Shown: one piece after another, positions 51,785-61,007 of the stretch | How the letters are laid out: each line of letters opens with the position of its first letter | How positions within the stretch are numbered: the first letter of the stretch is position 1 | DNA from: a virus | Lineage: Duplodnaviria > Caudoviricetes | Reading direction: 5' to 3' (one strand) | Length of the DNA stretch: 62,453 nucleotides | Virus record (IMG/VR): IMGVR_UViG_3300043436_001486 | Coordinates: 1-62,453 of that record | The notes under the pieces: generated by a model | Database searches by the model: none | Told to the model about the DNA's origin: nothing | What the model saw: the letters and a program-made list of their open reading frames with translations, nothing else | Translations under genes and position numbers: made by a program

Positions 51785-54700
51785 ATGGTAAATTCTACAG
51801 ACCCTACAGAAAAAGTTAAGCTATTATACGATGCTGTTTCCAAGGACTATAATCTTGGAAGCTTTGATGAATTTAAGGCAAAGCTTGGAGATTCAGCAAA
51901 AAGAAAAGCATTTTACGATGGAGTTGGGGCTGAATACAATCTTGGTTCATATAGTGATTTTGAGAAAAAGGTAATGCCCACTTCAGCAGAAAAGTTTGGA
52001 CCACTTCCTGCGCAAACCAAAATAGCAGGTGAGCTACCTTCTTTTCAGCAGCAGGTTGAACAAGCTAGGCCTCTACCTAAATACCAAAAAGCCGTAGACG
52101 ATGACAGAAGTGCACTTGGAAAATGGGCGGCAACAACTTGGAATAATTTTATAAGCGGGCCAGAAAGCCTTGTGGCTGGATTGGTAGCGAGGACAGCTTC
52201 AGCTGACCCGTACGTAGGGCTTCAAGCAACAGTAACAGAAGCAATAACCGGGAAAAAACCAAAAACGGCTGGAGAGGTTATTAAAGAGTTTAAAGAAGCT
52301 CCGCAGAGACAAAAAGAATTTAAGGAAGAAGTTTACAAAAAAATAGGAGATGTAGCAGGACTTGTAAAGTCGGATTACGTAACCCCAGAAGAGCAGCAGA
52401 AAATTTCAGAAATAGACTTTACCAAAAGAAGTTTTTCCGAAAATGCAATTGCGCTTTTAGCTAGCGGAGGTAGACTTGCATTTGACATACCAGTTGGAAT
52501 AGCTACTGGAGGTTCTTCTTACTACCTTCAGTCATACGGAGAAAGCGTAAGGGATTATGACGAAATGGTGAAAAAGGGGCAGTTTGAATCAAATCCTTTA
52601 GCCAGAGAAGCCTACGGGAATACTGTAGGATTGGTAAATGCGTATTTGGAAAAGTTTGCATTGGACAAAATATTTGGTGCAGGCCCAGCACTTAAGAACA
52701 TACAGAAAAAAGCCGTAGCAAATGTATTTGGCAAAATAGCAAAAAGCGGAACTAATATTACTGGCAATGCTACAGAAAAATTAGTAGAAGCTGAAATTAG
52801 GGCACTATCAGCAAATATAAAATCTAGGGGAGCAAAGGCTGCATATTCAGCAGCTGTTGAAGGTGGCACAGAGGGACTGCAAACCGCATTGTCAGAAGGC
52901 GCTAAGATTATTACAAATAAAATACAAGGAGAAGAGGTATATAACCAAAAAGAAATTGCTGACAATATATTAAAAAATATATTTAACGCATCTGTTGCTG
53001 GTGGAATATATGGTACTCCAATGGGAATTATTTCCTCTTTTGGAAAGAATGTAAATAGCAGCGTTCTTAAGGACATTGCAAATGCTAAGACGGATGAAGA
53101 CTTTGCAAAGATTGACAATGACTTAGAAGAGGTATTTGTAGCAAATAATTACAGCCCAGAAGAGAGAGAGGCGGTTTCCGCAATAGCAAAGAACTACGCA
53201 AGAATAAAGCAAAAGCTTCCTCCAATTACTCCTCCAGAAGTCCAAGAGAAGGTAATACCGCTGATTGAACAAAGAGACAAGATTGACGAAGAGCTTACGG
53301 CAAAAAAAGAAAATGCCTCAAACTTGGATGAAGCCGTAGTTGCTGATGAAACAGCTGACATAGAAATGCTTGAAGAAAAAAGAGCATCAATCAATGACGA
53401 GATTAGGTCTGAAGTTGCAGGTACAGAGTTTAAATACTTTGAGCAAGACGGAAAGTTCTTCAAGCAATTAGGAGAGAATCAGCCAGAAGAAATTACTAAG
53501 GCAAGATTTGACATAGAATCAATAAGGCAAGAAGACAAGCAATTAGCGCAGGACGAAGAAGATGCGCCTACAGTTCTTGACATGATGGACAAGCCTGTTA
53601 TTATTAATGGAGAAAGAGCTACATTGTCACAAGAAGGACAGACTGTAATTGCAAAAATTGTAGGCAAGCCTAGGATTATTGAGATTGGGAATATTGACGA
53701 AATAGGCAATCAAAAACTTTCAGACGTTGGATTAACGCAAGAAGAATCAGCAGTTACGCTAAGCGACACAGGGGGTATAGTTGTAAGAGGAGTTGAGTTT
53801 GTGAACCTATTTACAGACCCATTAGCGGCAATCAATAGAGATGCTAATGGAAATGTTGTCTCGGTTAATTTAGAGACAGCAGATGGCAAGAAAAGGACTT
53901 TCAGAGGTACTACAGCTGATGATGTAGCATACCAAATAACTTTAAAGAAAATAACCGAAGACAATGAAACAAGACAACAATTTGAAGACTTCGTTGAAGC
54001 CAACGAATCAATCAAGCAAGAACTCGAATCTGGACAAGTTGCAGAAGCTCCCGTTGAAGCAGCGCCTGTCGTTGCTGAACAAGTTCCTGTTGTCGCAGAA
54101 GAAGAAGTAGCGCCTGCTAATGAAGTTGAAAGGCTAAGGGCAGAAGAGCAAAAAGAACTGCTTGCTGCAATACCGAATATTGAAGAATATAAAGTTAATG
54201 GTGTTGTTGACAGGAATAAAATAACCAACGAGGAAGACAAGAAGAAGTTTGACGAAATATACAACAGGTACGACAAACTTATAACTCCACTCCTTAAAGC
54301 AGAGCAACCCGTTTCAGAGGTTCAGCCAGTTGTGGAAGAGGCTCCTGTTGTACAAGAAACTGTACAAGAAGCTCCAGTAGAAAAACCTGCTGAAAAGAAG
54401 CCTAAAATGGTTACTCAAACAGGATTGCTTGTTCCTGCAAATGGAAGAGTTGTAATGGTTGGAGAAGCTAACCCAGATTTCCAGAATACTTTTATTATTC
54501 TTGGAGAAGACACTACTATTGAAATGCCTAACGGGGAGACAAGAGATGCTACGTTTGCTGTTGTGGAAATGGATGACATACTAGCTTCGCATGATGAAAA
54601 TTCCTTTAACGACACAGATGGCTACCCAAGTCAGAACGGGATGAACGCAAACCCAAGAAACTATAAGACAGACGCTGTTGCGATGGACAAGGTTAATAGG

Positions 54701-55936
54701 GACGCTAATAACCTAAAGCCGTCTATTGTTATTTCAGATTCAGCAACCCCAGAAACAGGAGTGCCTATTATTACTACAGATGGTATTGTAGTTTCTGGTA
54801 ACGGAAGGACAATGGCAATAAAACTTTCTGAAAGAATTGCTCCAGAAAAATACGCTGAATATAGAAAGAACCTAGAGAAGAGGGCTGCAAAATTTGGTAT
54901 TGACGCTGCCGAGGTAAGGCAAATGAGTAATCCAGTATTGGTTAAAGTGGACACAAAGATTAAAGAATATTCCATAAAAGAACTTGACGCATATAACCAA
55001 AAGGCACAAAAGGGAGAAAGCCCTGTAGACAAAGCTATTAAGAGGGCCGGAATAATTACTGCTAATCAGCGCCTAAAAGACGGAATATTAAGAATTATTG
55101 AAGGGTACAATACAATGTCAGAATTGTTTGACAATAAGGCTGATAGGAGTGCAATCATAGATTTATTTGAAGCAAACGGAATAATAACCGCGCAGGAAAG
55201 AAGTGAATACGTTGGAGCAAACAAGGAGCTGACAGAAGATGGCAAGGACTTGGTAAATGATGTACTTATTGCTACTATAATCAGCCCAGAGGTAATGAGA
55301 GCGACAGACAATGTAAAAAGTTTTAAAAAGAATATTGTCAACGCGCTTCCGCTACTTACAGAAAATTACAGGAACAAAGACTACAGTCTTGAAGAGCTAA
55401 TCAACAATGCCATACTTTTACAATCAGACATGGTTTCAAGAGGGTTTAAGCTTAATGAGTTTTATGACTTTATAAGCCAGACTCAAATGGGAAGGCCGCA
55501 CAATCCAGATGTAGTTGTAATGAACAGGATGATTGCAGAAGGGCCGAACAAGTTTAAGGAGTTTGTTAGAAAATACAATGTTGCAGCAGAAACATCAGGA
55601 GGTGGCATGTTTGCATCAGAGGCACTAACTAGAGAGCAAGCATTAGGGCAATTAGCCAAAACAGAAGACAAAATATCAGAAAATGAAAGGAAAATCATTG
55701 CTAGTCTTGCAGGCATCTATGCAGAGTATGAACGAGGGCAACAAGCAGGAGCTGCTAAAGTATTTGAGCAACCCATCGTTGAACAAGTTACGGAGCAAGA
55801 AGCCGCAGACTTCCCAGAGTTCGTCAACGGAGAGTTCACAAACCCCAAATTCGAGCAGCAGTACCAAACAGAAAAAACCACAGCCTTCGGCTTCACCGAA
55901 ACAAGGGAGCAGTTCGTTGCTAGGAAGTTTTGCTAA
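51785..55936 (+). CDS. Large ejection protein with DdrB-like ParB-superfamily domain
   Basis: AVVE.DD..ASHD...YP.....N.R.Y...PII..DG.VVSGNGRTMA at about 54.5-55.0 kb. Confidence 0.7.
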   Translation: MVNSTDPTEKVKLLYDAVSKDYNLGSFDEFKAKLGDSAKRKAFYDGVGAEYNLGSYSDFEKKVMPTSAEKFGPLPAQTKIAGELPSFQQQVEQARPLPKYQKAVDDDRSALGKWAATTWNNFISGPESLVAGLVARTASADPYVGLQATVTEAITGKKPKTAGEVIKEFKEAPQRQKEFKEEVYKKIGDVAGLVKSDYVTPEEQQKISEIDFTKRSFSENAIALLASGGRLAFDIPVGIATGGSSYYLQSYGESVRDYDEMVKKGQFESNPLAREAYGNTVGLVNAYLEKFALDKIFGAGPALKNIQKKAVANVFGKIAKSGTNITGNATEKLVEAEIRALSANIKSRGAKAAYSAAVEGGTEGLQTALSEGAKIITNKIQGEEVYNQKEIADNILKNIFNASVAGGIYGTPMGIISSFGKNVNSSVLKDIANAKTDEDFAKIDNDLEEVFVANNYSPEEREAVSAIAKNYARIKQKLPPITPPEVQEKVIPLIEQRDKIDEELTAKKENASNLDEAVVADETADIEMLEEKRASINDEIRSEVAGTEFKYFEQDGKFFKQLGENQPEEITKARFDIESIRQEDKQLAQDEEDAPTVLDMMDKPVIINGERATLSQEGQTVIAKIVGKPRIIEIGNIDEIGNQKLSDVGLTQEESAVTLSDTGGIVVRGVEFVNLFTDPLAAINRDANGNVVSVNLETADGKKRTFRGTTADDVAYQITLKKITEDNETRQQFEDFVEANESIKQELESGQVAEAPVEAAPVVAEQVPVVAEEEVAPANEVERLRAEEQKELLAAIPNIEEYKVNGVVDRNKITNEEDKKKFDEIYNRYDKLITPLLKAEQPVSEVQPVVEEAPVVQETVQEAPVEKPAEKKPKMVTQTGLLVPANGRVVMVGEANPDFQNTFIILGEDTTIEMPNGETRDATFAVVEMDDILASHDENSFNDTDGYPSQNGMNANPRNYKTDAVAMDKVNRDANNLKPSIVISDSATPETGVPIITTDGIVVSGNGRTMAIKLSERIAPEKYAEYRKNLEKRAAKFGIDAAEVRQMSNPVLVKVDTKIKEYSIKELDAYNQKAQKGESPVDKAIKRAGIITANQRLKDGILRIIEGYNTMSELFDNKADRSAIIDLFEANGIITAQERSEYVGANKELTEDGKDLVNDVLIATIISPEVMRATDNVKSFKKNIVNALPLLTENYRNKDYSLEELINNAILLQSDMVSRGFKLNEFYDFISQTQMGRPHNPDVVVMNRMIAEGPNKFKEFVRKYNVAAETSGGGMFASEALTREQALGQLAKTEDKISENERKIIASLAGIYAEYERGQQAGAAKVFEQPIVEQVTEQEAADFPEFVNGEFTNPKFEQQYQTEKTTAFGFTETREQFVARKFC
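53964..54110 (+). CDS. Overprinted +1-frame basic peptide (48 aa)
   Basis: MKQDNNLKTSLKPTNQ...LLNKFLLSQKKK; local codon shift in host gene. Confidence 0.4.
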   Translation: MKQDNNLKTSLKPTNQSSKNSNLDKLQKLPLKQRLSLLNKFLLSQKKK

Positions 55937-55964
55937 TAAGGTTAAATCATTTATAAAAAAATAA
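55683..55964 (+). CDS. Overprinted +1-frame Ser/Lys-rich protein (93 aa)
   Basis: Codon shift to TTC/GTC/ATC in host gene; stop 3 nt before next ATG. Confidence 0.45.
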   Translation: MKGKSLLVLQASMQSMNEGNKQELLKYLSNPSLNKLRSKKPQTSQSSSTESSQTPNSSSSTKQKKPQPSASPKQGSSSLLGSFANKVKSFIKK

Positions 55965-55967
55965 AAC

Positions 55968-56120
55968 ATGCCACTTAAAAAACCAACCAGCAGAAGCAAG
56001 AAAGCTGTACAAAGTGCAGTTTCGGCTAACATTAGGGAGCTTAAGCAGTCTAAGACAAAGCGTCCAATGAAACAAGTCATAGCAATTGCCCTTCAATCAG
56101 CAGGAGTAAAAAAGAAGTAA
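55968..56120 (+). CDS. Small basic protein (not in ORF track)
   Basis: MPLKK..S.K...SANIREL....RP.KQ.IAIAL..AG. Confidence 0.65.
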   Translation: MPLKKPTSRSKKAVQSAVSANIRELKQSKTKRPMKQVIAIALQSAGVKKK

Positions 56121-56121
56121 T

Positions 56122-59100
56122 ATGTCACTTTGCCCAAATAAGAGTTCAAAAGAGTGGAAAGATTTGTCAGCAGGCCTTACAGAAAGGCTTGCAGGTAAAT
56201 CAGCTAAAGAAATAGACGCAGTAGCGCACGTTGCCTATATACTAAAAGGGGACGGGAGTATTCCTGCTGTAGACGAAGCGGTAGTTCTTTTGACTAAAAA
56301 TGGCAAAAAACAATTTACCGAAACTGTAAAAACTGCATCAAAGGCATTTAAGTTAGGCGCTGAAGAAGCCAGAAAAGAAGCATTTCTTGCAGGGCAAATG
56401 AGGCAGGGAAGAGACATGGCCCCGAAGATTAGGGCATTAGAAGAAAAGCTTGCTGAAGGTAAAATAACAGAAGCTGAATACAAGGAAAGGATTAAGGAGT
56501 TAGAATACGAAGGAAGATTTAAAGAGGCGGAAGCAAAGCTTGCTGCTGAAATAGAAGGCAAGAAGGCTGGTAGAAAAGAAGGAGTAAAAGAACAGACTGC
56601 TTTCCAGAAAGAGTTTTCAAAGAGAATCAGCGACTTTATTAAAACATCCGAGAAGCTAAGGGGCGTACTTTCTCCAAAGCAAGTTGAATCAGTAGTAAGA
56701 AAAGCTGCTTCTGTTGGAACTAGCGACAAAGCAATGATGAAGTTTACTCAATACTTTGAAAAGGTTGTTTCAAACGCTAACTACGACAAAGATTTGAGTA
56801 CTGGAATCTCCCTTCAGAAGAAACTGGTCAAGCCATTTGCCGAAGCTGCTGCGCTTGTCAAAAGGATGAAAAACCTCCCATTAGAGTATTTGAGCGCTGA
56901 GGAATTAACAAGGTTTAATGAACTTGCATCAGCATACGTAGCATCTACTGTAGCGCCAACATCTTCTGGCTATAGGGCATTTGATGTATCGGCAACGGAG
57001 AAGCTATTTAAGCCTATTGAAGACGCAGTAAATGATGCTATAACAGCTGATGTTGAAGCGGCTTACGGGGTAATCGGATTGACTAACGAAGAGGCTTTAG
57101 TTCTTGATGAGTTTATGTCTTCAGAAGACATGGACATGTTCCTTAAAAACTTGGCAGAAGCAAAAAAGAAAACATTAAGGACTAACTTGGAAAAGGTAGC
57201 GGACTACTCTCTTCTAGGACTAAAGGAAAAGCTTGATGCAAGTTCAGCAGAACTTGAGCAAGAGTATGGGAAAGATTTTGTAGAAAAGTTAAGGAGAATT
57301 TCTGAAGTAAACCCTGCTACAATAGCAGACAATAATCAGCTTGCTGAATTAATAAAAACAGTAGACAACGTAATAGTAAATAACTCTAATGCAAACGTAG
57401 GAAATGCTTTAGCTATTGTTCAAGCATCTGTAAATATAAAAAAATTAGAAATCGCAACAAGTCGTGTTATTAAATTCGTGGCAGGAGGTGTTGCTAAATT
57501 CTACTACGACACACCAATTGTGCTACAGAGAATATTTGGCAACACAGAAGTGGAGTCGGAAGTTATAAGGCTTACAGAAAAAGATGCCGTTATTCTTGCT
57601 TCAACATCTGCAGAAAAAGATGTTCTAAAGTTGGCGGATGATTATAAAAAATTTAGAAAAAAAATAGGGCTAGACAACTCTGCCGAAACAGACATCACTA
57701 TAGGGGTATATGCTGATTTAATAAATGTAAAAACAGGCTCAGAAGATTATGATTTCTTAAATAATAAGGCGCAATTAGAACAATCAATAGAAGAATCCAT
57801 AAAAGGCGCAGACCCGGAAGACAAATATATAGGAGAGCTTGCAAAATTCATATACGACTCTTCCGTAAAAGAAAGCAATACGCTTGCTGATTTTAAAAAG
57901 AAATATTCAGCAATGCACTCAAAAGAGGTTAAAGCTGCTGAATGGGGAACTGAAAATATATGGAATAAATATGGTAGCGAGTTTAAGGCGCATGCCGAAG
58001 AAGACTTAAATGAAACATTTGATGCCGATGGAAGAAAGAATTATTTTCCTAGAAGCTATAAAAGAGTTAAAAAAGGCGGGGAAGAATTTGACATTAATGA
58101 AAGTATATTTATTAATAATACATTAAAGCCAAAAGAAACAGGAAGAAGTAAGGAAAGGAAGCTAATTAATACTTTGCCAAAAAACAAAGTAGTTGACTAC
58201 AGATTTGAATATAATACATTTAAAACGCTACAAGAGCAGTTATTTACGTCAAGGTCACATCTAGCAGCAAAGACATTTCACTATATGTCAAGAAATGATG
58301 CTGCAATGGAAAAGTCTTTTGGAGGAAATGAAAATCAAGCAACTTATGTAAACACATATAAAAAACAATATGATTTATTTCGTTTTGGCAAAAAGGTTAC
58401 AGATGAGGTTTTTAAATCAACATTTTTTGCAGCAACAAGAATTGCAAAAGACCTTGGTTCTTCAATAGTTCTTGGAACTCCTGCGCAAGTTGTGAAACAG
58501 GCAACTCCCTTAGTTTTGGCAATTGTAAGAAATAGGAAATATACCGTAGAGGTATTGTCTAGTAATGTTTCTCCTAATATTAAATTATTTGACTTAGCTC
58601 CAGTTGGAGCAGCTGGTATTCAGATGGGGGCTGCAGGTAGGTCAGAAGGGGTTGAGGCGCTGGCGTATTCAAAAACTAAACGAGGGGCTAAAAAATTAAT
58701 TTCAAACATAACGGACATTACTGGAAAAATAAGAGAACTTACGCTAACGCCACTTACTAATACCGATGTTTATGTGAGAAAGAAAACATTTGCCGCGTAT
58801 TACCTTAAATACATGAATGATGTTGCAAAAATAAAAACATCAGCAAAGGACTTAGAAACCGAGCACGAAAGAATAAATGAAGACAGAAGGATGGCTTTAG
58901 CTTATGCGCAACAGTCTATTGACAAAACGCAGGCTACTACAGTAAAAGAGCTTCAGTCTGAATTTAAAAGAAATGATAATGCAGATTTCGTAAGAGAGCT
59001 TGTAAAAAATTGGATTTTCCCATTTAATAATTTCAGCTCAAATACAAAGGCAAGAACTACTGACGACATGCAAAAAATTATTTATGGTAATGATTTGCAA

Positions 59101-59889
59101 AAATCGGAAGCGAAAAAAGACCTTAATGGCTCAATCCTAGAAATGGCTGCATATCAAGCAGTTAATGTGTTTATTGTTGCTGGAATATACAGATTTGGCG
59201 CAAAGGAGATTTTAAAAAACATATTCGACATTGAAGATGATGAAGAGTTTTTTGAATCTTTTTCAAAATCATTTAAGAAGTGGTACACGTTAGTTGTAAA
59301 AGATTTTACAACAGGTGGGTTAGGTACTGGAACAGAAGAGTCCGGCATGAAGGTATTGAATAGAAGCACCTACTTTGTTCTTAAGGCTTTTGGAGCGACG
59401 GAAAAGGATTATTTTACATGGCTAAAAGACGAGCCAACATTTCAGCCAACATATAAGCCGCCAACAGACGATGGGTTTGGATTTCTTGACTTTATAGGAG
59501 CATACGGAATACCTTTTGAAACAATAGGCGCATCAGTTGAGGATATTTCTGCTGGCGTTACTGGAGTAGCTAAGGCTACAAGAACTATTGAAACTAGAAA
59601 AAGTAAGGTAAAGCAAGAGGGCTACAATCTAAATATTACTACAAATGACGTTGATTTAACCAAAGAGCAAAGAAGATTTTTCTTGTTTATGGGTATTGCA
59701 AACGGAATTTCTGGTTTAACTGGACTTCAAGATGCTGAAATAATGAGGGCAGGAGAAAGGCTTAAATCAAGTATTAAGAGAGAAGAAAGGATGAGGCAAT
59801 ATCCTAAAAGGCGCTCATCCGGAGGTGGTGCGAAAGGTGGAATAAAAACTCCTAAAGCTGGAACTGGCGGTCTGAAGACAGGTCGCTAA
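56122..59889 (+). CDS. Large ejection/cargo protein
   Basis: 1255 aa helical, N-terminal CPN.SS.EW..L, NYFPR. Confidence 0.6.
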   Translation: MSLCPNKSSKEWKDLSAGLTERLAGKSAKEIDAVAHVAYILKGDGSIPAVDEAVVLLTKNGKKQFTETVKTASKAFKLGAEEARKEAFLAGQMRQGRDMAPKIRALEEKLAEGKITEAEYKERIKELEYEGRFKEAEAKLAAEIEGKKAGRKEGVKEQTAFQKEFSKRISDFIKTSEKLRGVLSPKQVESVVRKAASVGTSDKAMMKFTQYFEKVVSNANYDKDLSTGISLQKKLVKPFAEAAALVKRMKNLPLEYLSAEELTRFNELASAYVASTVAPTSSGYRAFDVSATEKLFKPIEDAVNDAITADVEAAYGVIGLTNEEALVLDEFMSSEDMDMFLKNLAEAKKKTLRTNLEKVADYSLLGLKEKLDASSAELEQEYGKDFVEKLRRISEVNPATIADNNQLAELIKTVDNVIVNNSNANVGNALAIVQASVNIKKLEIATSRVIKFVAGGVAKFYYDTPIVLQRIFGNTEVESEVIRLTEKDAVILASTSAEKDVLKLADDYKKFRKKIGLDNSAETDITIGVYADLINVKTGSEDYDFLNNKAQLEQSIEESIKGADPEDKYIGELAKFIYDSSVKESNTLADFKKKYSAMHSKEVKAAEWGTENIWNKYGSEFKAHAEEDLNETFDADGRKNYFPRSYKRVKKGGEEFDINESIFINNTLKPKETGRSKERKLINTLPKNKVVDYRFEYNTFKTLQEQLFTSRSHLAAKTFHYMSRNDAAMEKSFGGNENQATYVNTYKKQYDLFRFGKKVTDEVFKSTFFAATRIAKDLGSSIVLGTPAQVVKQATPLVLAIVRNRKYTVEVLSSNVSPNIKLFDLAPVGAAGIQMGAAGRSEGVEALAYSKTKRGAKKLISNITDITGKIRELTLTPLTNTDVYVRKKTFAAYYLKYMNDVAKIKTSAKDLETEHERINEDRRMALAYAQQSIDKTQATTVKELQSEFKRNDNADFVRELVKNWIFPFNNFSSNTKARTTDDMQKIIYGNDLQKSEAKKDLNGSILEMAAYQAVNVFIVAGIYRFGAKEILKNIFDIEDDEEFFESFSKSFKKWYTLVVKDFTTGGLGTGTEESGMKVLNRSTYFVLKAFGATEKDYFTWLKDEPTFQPTYKPPTDDGFGFLDFIGAYGIPFETIGASVEDISAGVTGVAKATRTIETRKSKVKQEGYNLNITTNDVDLTKEQRRFFLFMGIANGISGLTGLQDAEIMRAGERLKSSIKREERMRQYPKRRSSGGGAKGGIKTPKAGTGGLKTGR

Positions 59890-59918
59890 TATTCATTATA
59901 TTTGTAAAAACATAGACT

Positions 59919-60458
59919 ATGCCTTTTATAGCAAATTATACGGTGGCTCAAGGACTTAATTGCAGCCAATTAGTCATAACAGACACCTCAAGTTACGCTT
60001 CAGAGGCTAAAGTTACCTTTACTTATAGGAGGCTATACCTATATAAAGCTGATGGTACTACCATTAAATTTCCTTCTGGAAGTGTTACAGACTACATAAA
60101 TTTTAGTTTTGCAGGCTACCCTACAGACCAGATTACAATTACAGGGATTGACCAAGACTACGGACTAAGAATTGTCATGGAACTCAATTCATCAGCACCA
60201 CAAGTAGGTAGTATATACACAAAATCTTCAGTAGCAGCACTTACTTGCTATACAAATACTGCGCTTTATAACGTTGCTCAAATAGCAGCAACTTCTCCAA
60301 TAAGGCTGAACGACCCGACATTTTACGAAAGTTGGAGTCAATTGCAGACAGAAAAAGACGCTGCTGTAGTAGCCGCTACTTACGGAGACCAGTTTAGTGC
60401 TGATGCTGCCCTTAAGAGAGCGAAAAATCTTATAAACCAAAGTTCAATCAAGTTCTAA
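59919..60458 (+). CDS. Tail hub/structural protein
   Basis: ITDTS.Y motif; TATATTTG at 59897. Confidence 0.5.
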   Translation: MPFIANYTVAQGLNCSQLVITDTSSYASEAKVTFTYRRLYLYKADGTTIKFPSGSVTDYINFSFAGYPTDQITITGIDQDYGLRIVMELNSSAPQVGSIYTKSSVAALTCYTNTALYNVAQIAATSPIRLNDPTFYESWSQLQTEKDAAVVAATYGDQFSADAALKRAKNLINQSSIKF

Positions 60459-61006
60459 TGATTTCAAATCAACTTGTAACTGATTATATTAAGTGGGCGG
60501 ATGTTTCCATATTCCTTGCTTCTGACGACTACCAGAAGCAGCGCTACTATGAGTGGAAGGATGAGACGCAGAAGGTTCGTGTAATATATTTAGTTAACGA
60601 GGTTCTTAAGTGGGGACAGCCCTACTTAGTTGGAACAGAAGGGTATGACGAGGTAGCGACTTATTCATACGCTTTAATTGGACAATGGTTATTAGAGGCT
60701 GCTACTATTGCATCTACAGGAACTGGACTAGTAATTGGAACTCCCGTAATACCCACCTCAACGGCAGGCGCAGCAGGAACAATAACAGTAACAGTTGGCG
60801 CATTGGGAAGTCCAATACCAGCCAATACCAACCAGTATACCAACCCAATAATGTCAAATAGGACTATTATTGTAATAGTTGACAATGTTGTAATACAGCC
60901 AAACCTGCCTTCTGGATTTACCTACACATTTAACAACGCAACAGGAACTATAATATTCAGCCTTAATTTGAGTGTTAATCAAGTTCTTACTGTAATATAT
61001 ATATAA
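60458..61006 (+). CDS. Tail structural protein
   Basis: C-terminal YTFN..TGTI.F...L...Q.L.V.Y domain. Confidence 0.5.
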   Translation: MISNQLVTDYIKWADVSIFLASDDYQKQRYYEWKDETQKVRVIYLVNEVLKWGQPYLVGTEGYDEVATYSYALIGQWLLEAATIASTGTGLVIGTPVIPTSTAGAAGTITVTVGALGSPIPANTNQYTNPIMSNRTIIVIVDNVVIQPNLPSGFTYTFNNATGTIIFSLNLSVNQVLTVIYI

Positions 61007-61007
61007 A

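Noticed and set aside
51785-59889. crAss-type virion RNA polymerase
   Set aside because: No DxDxD catalytic motif recognised; late genes have host-type promoters.
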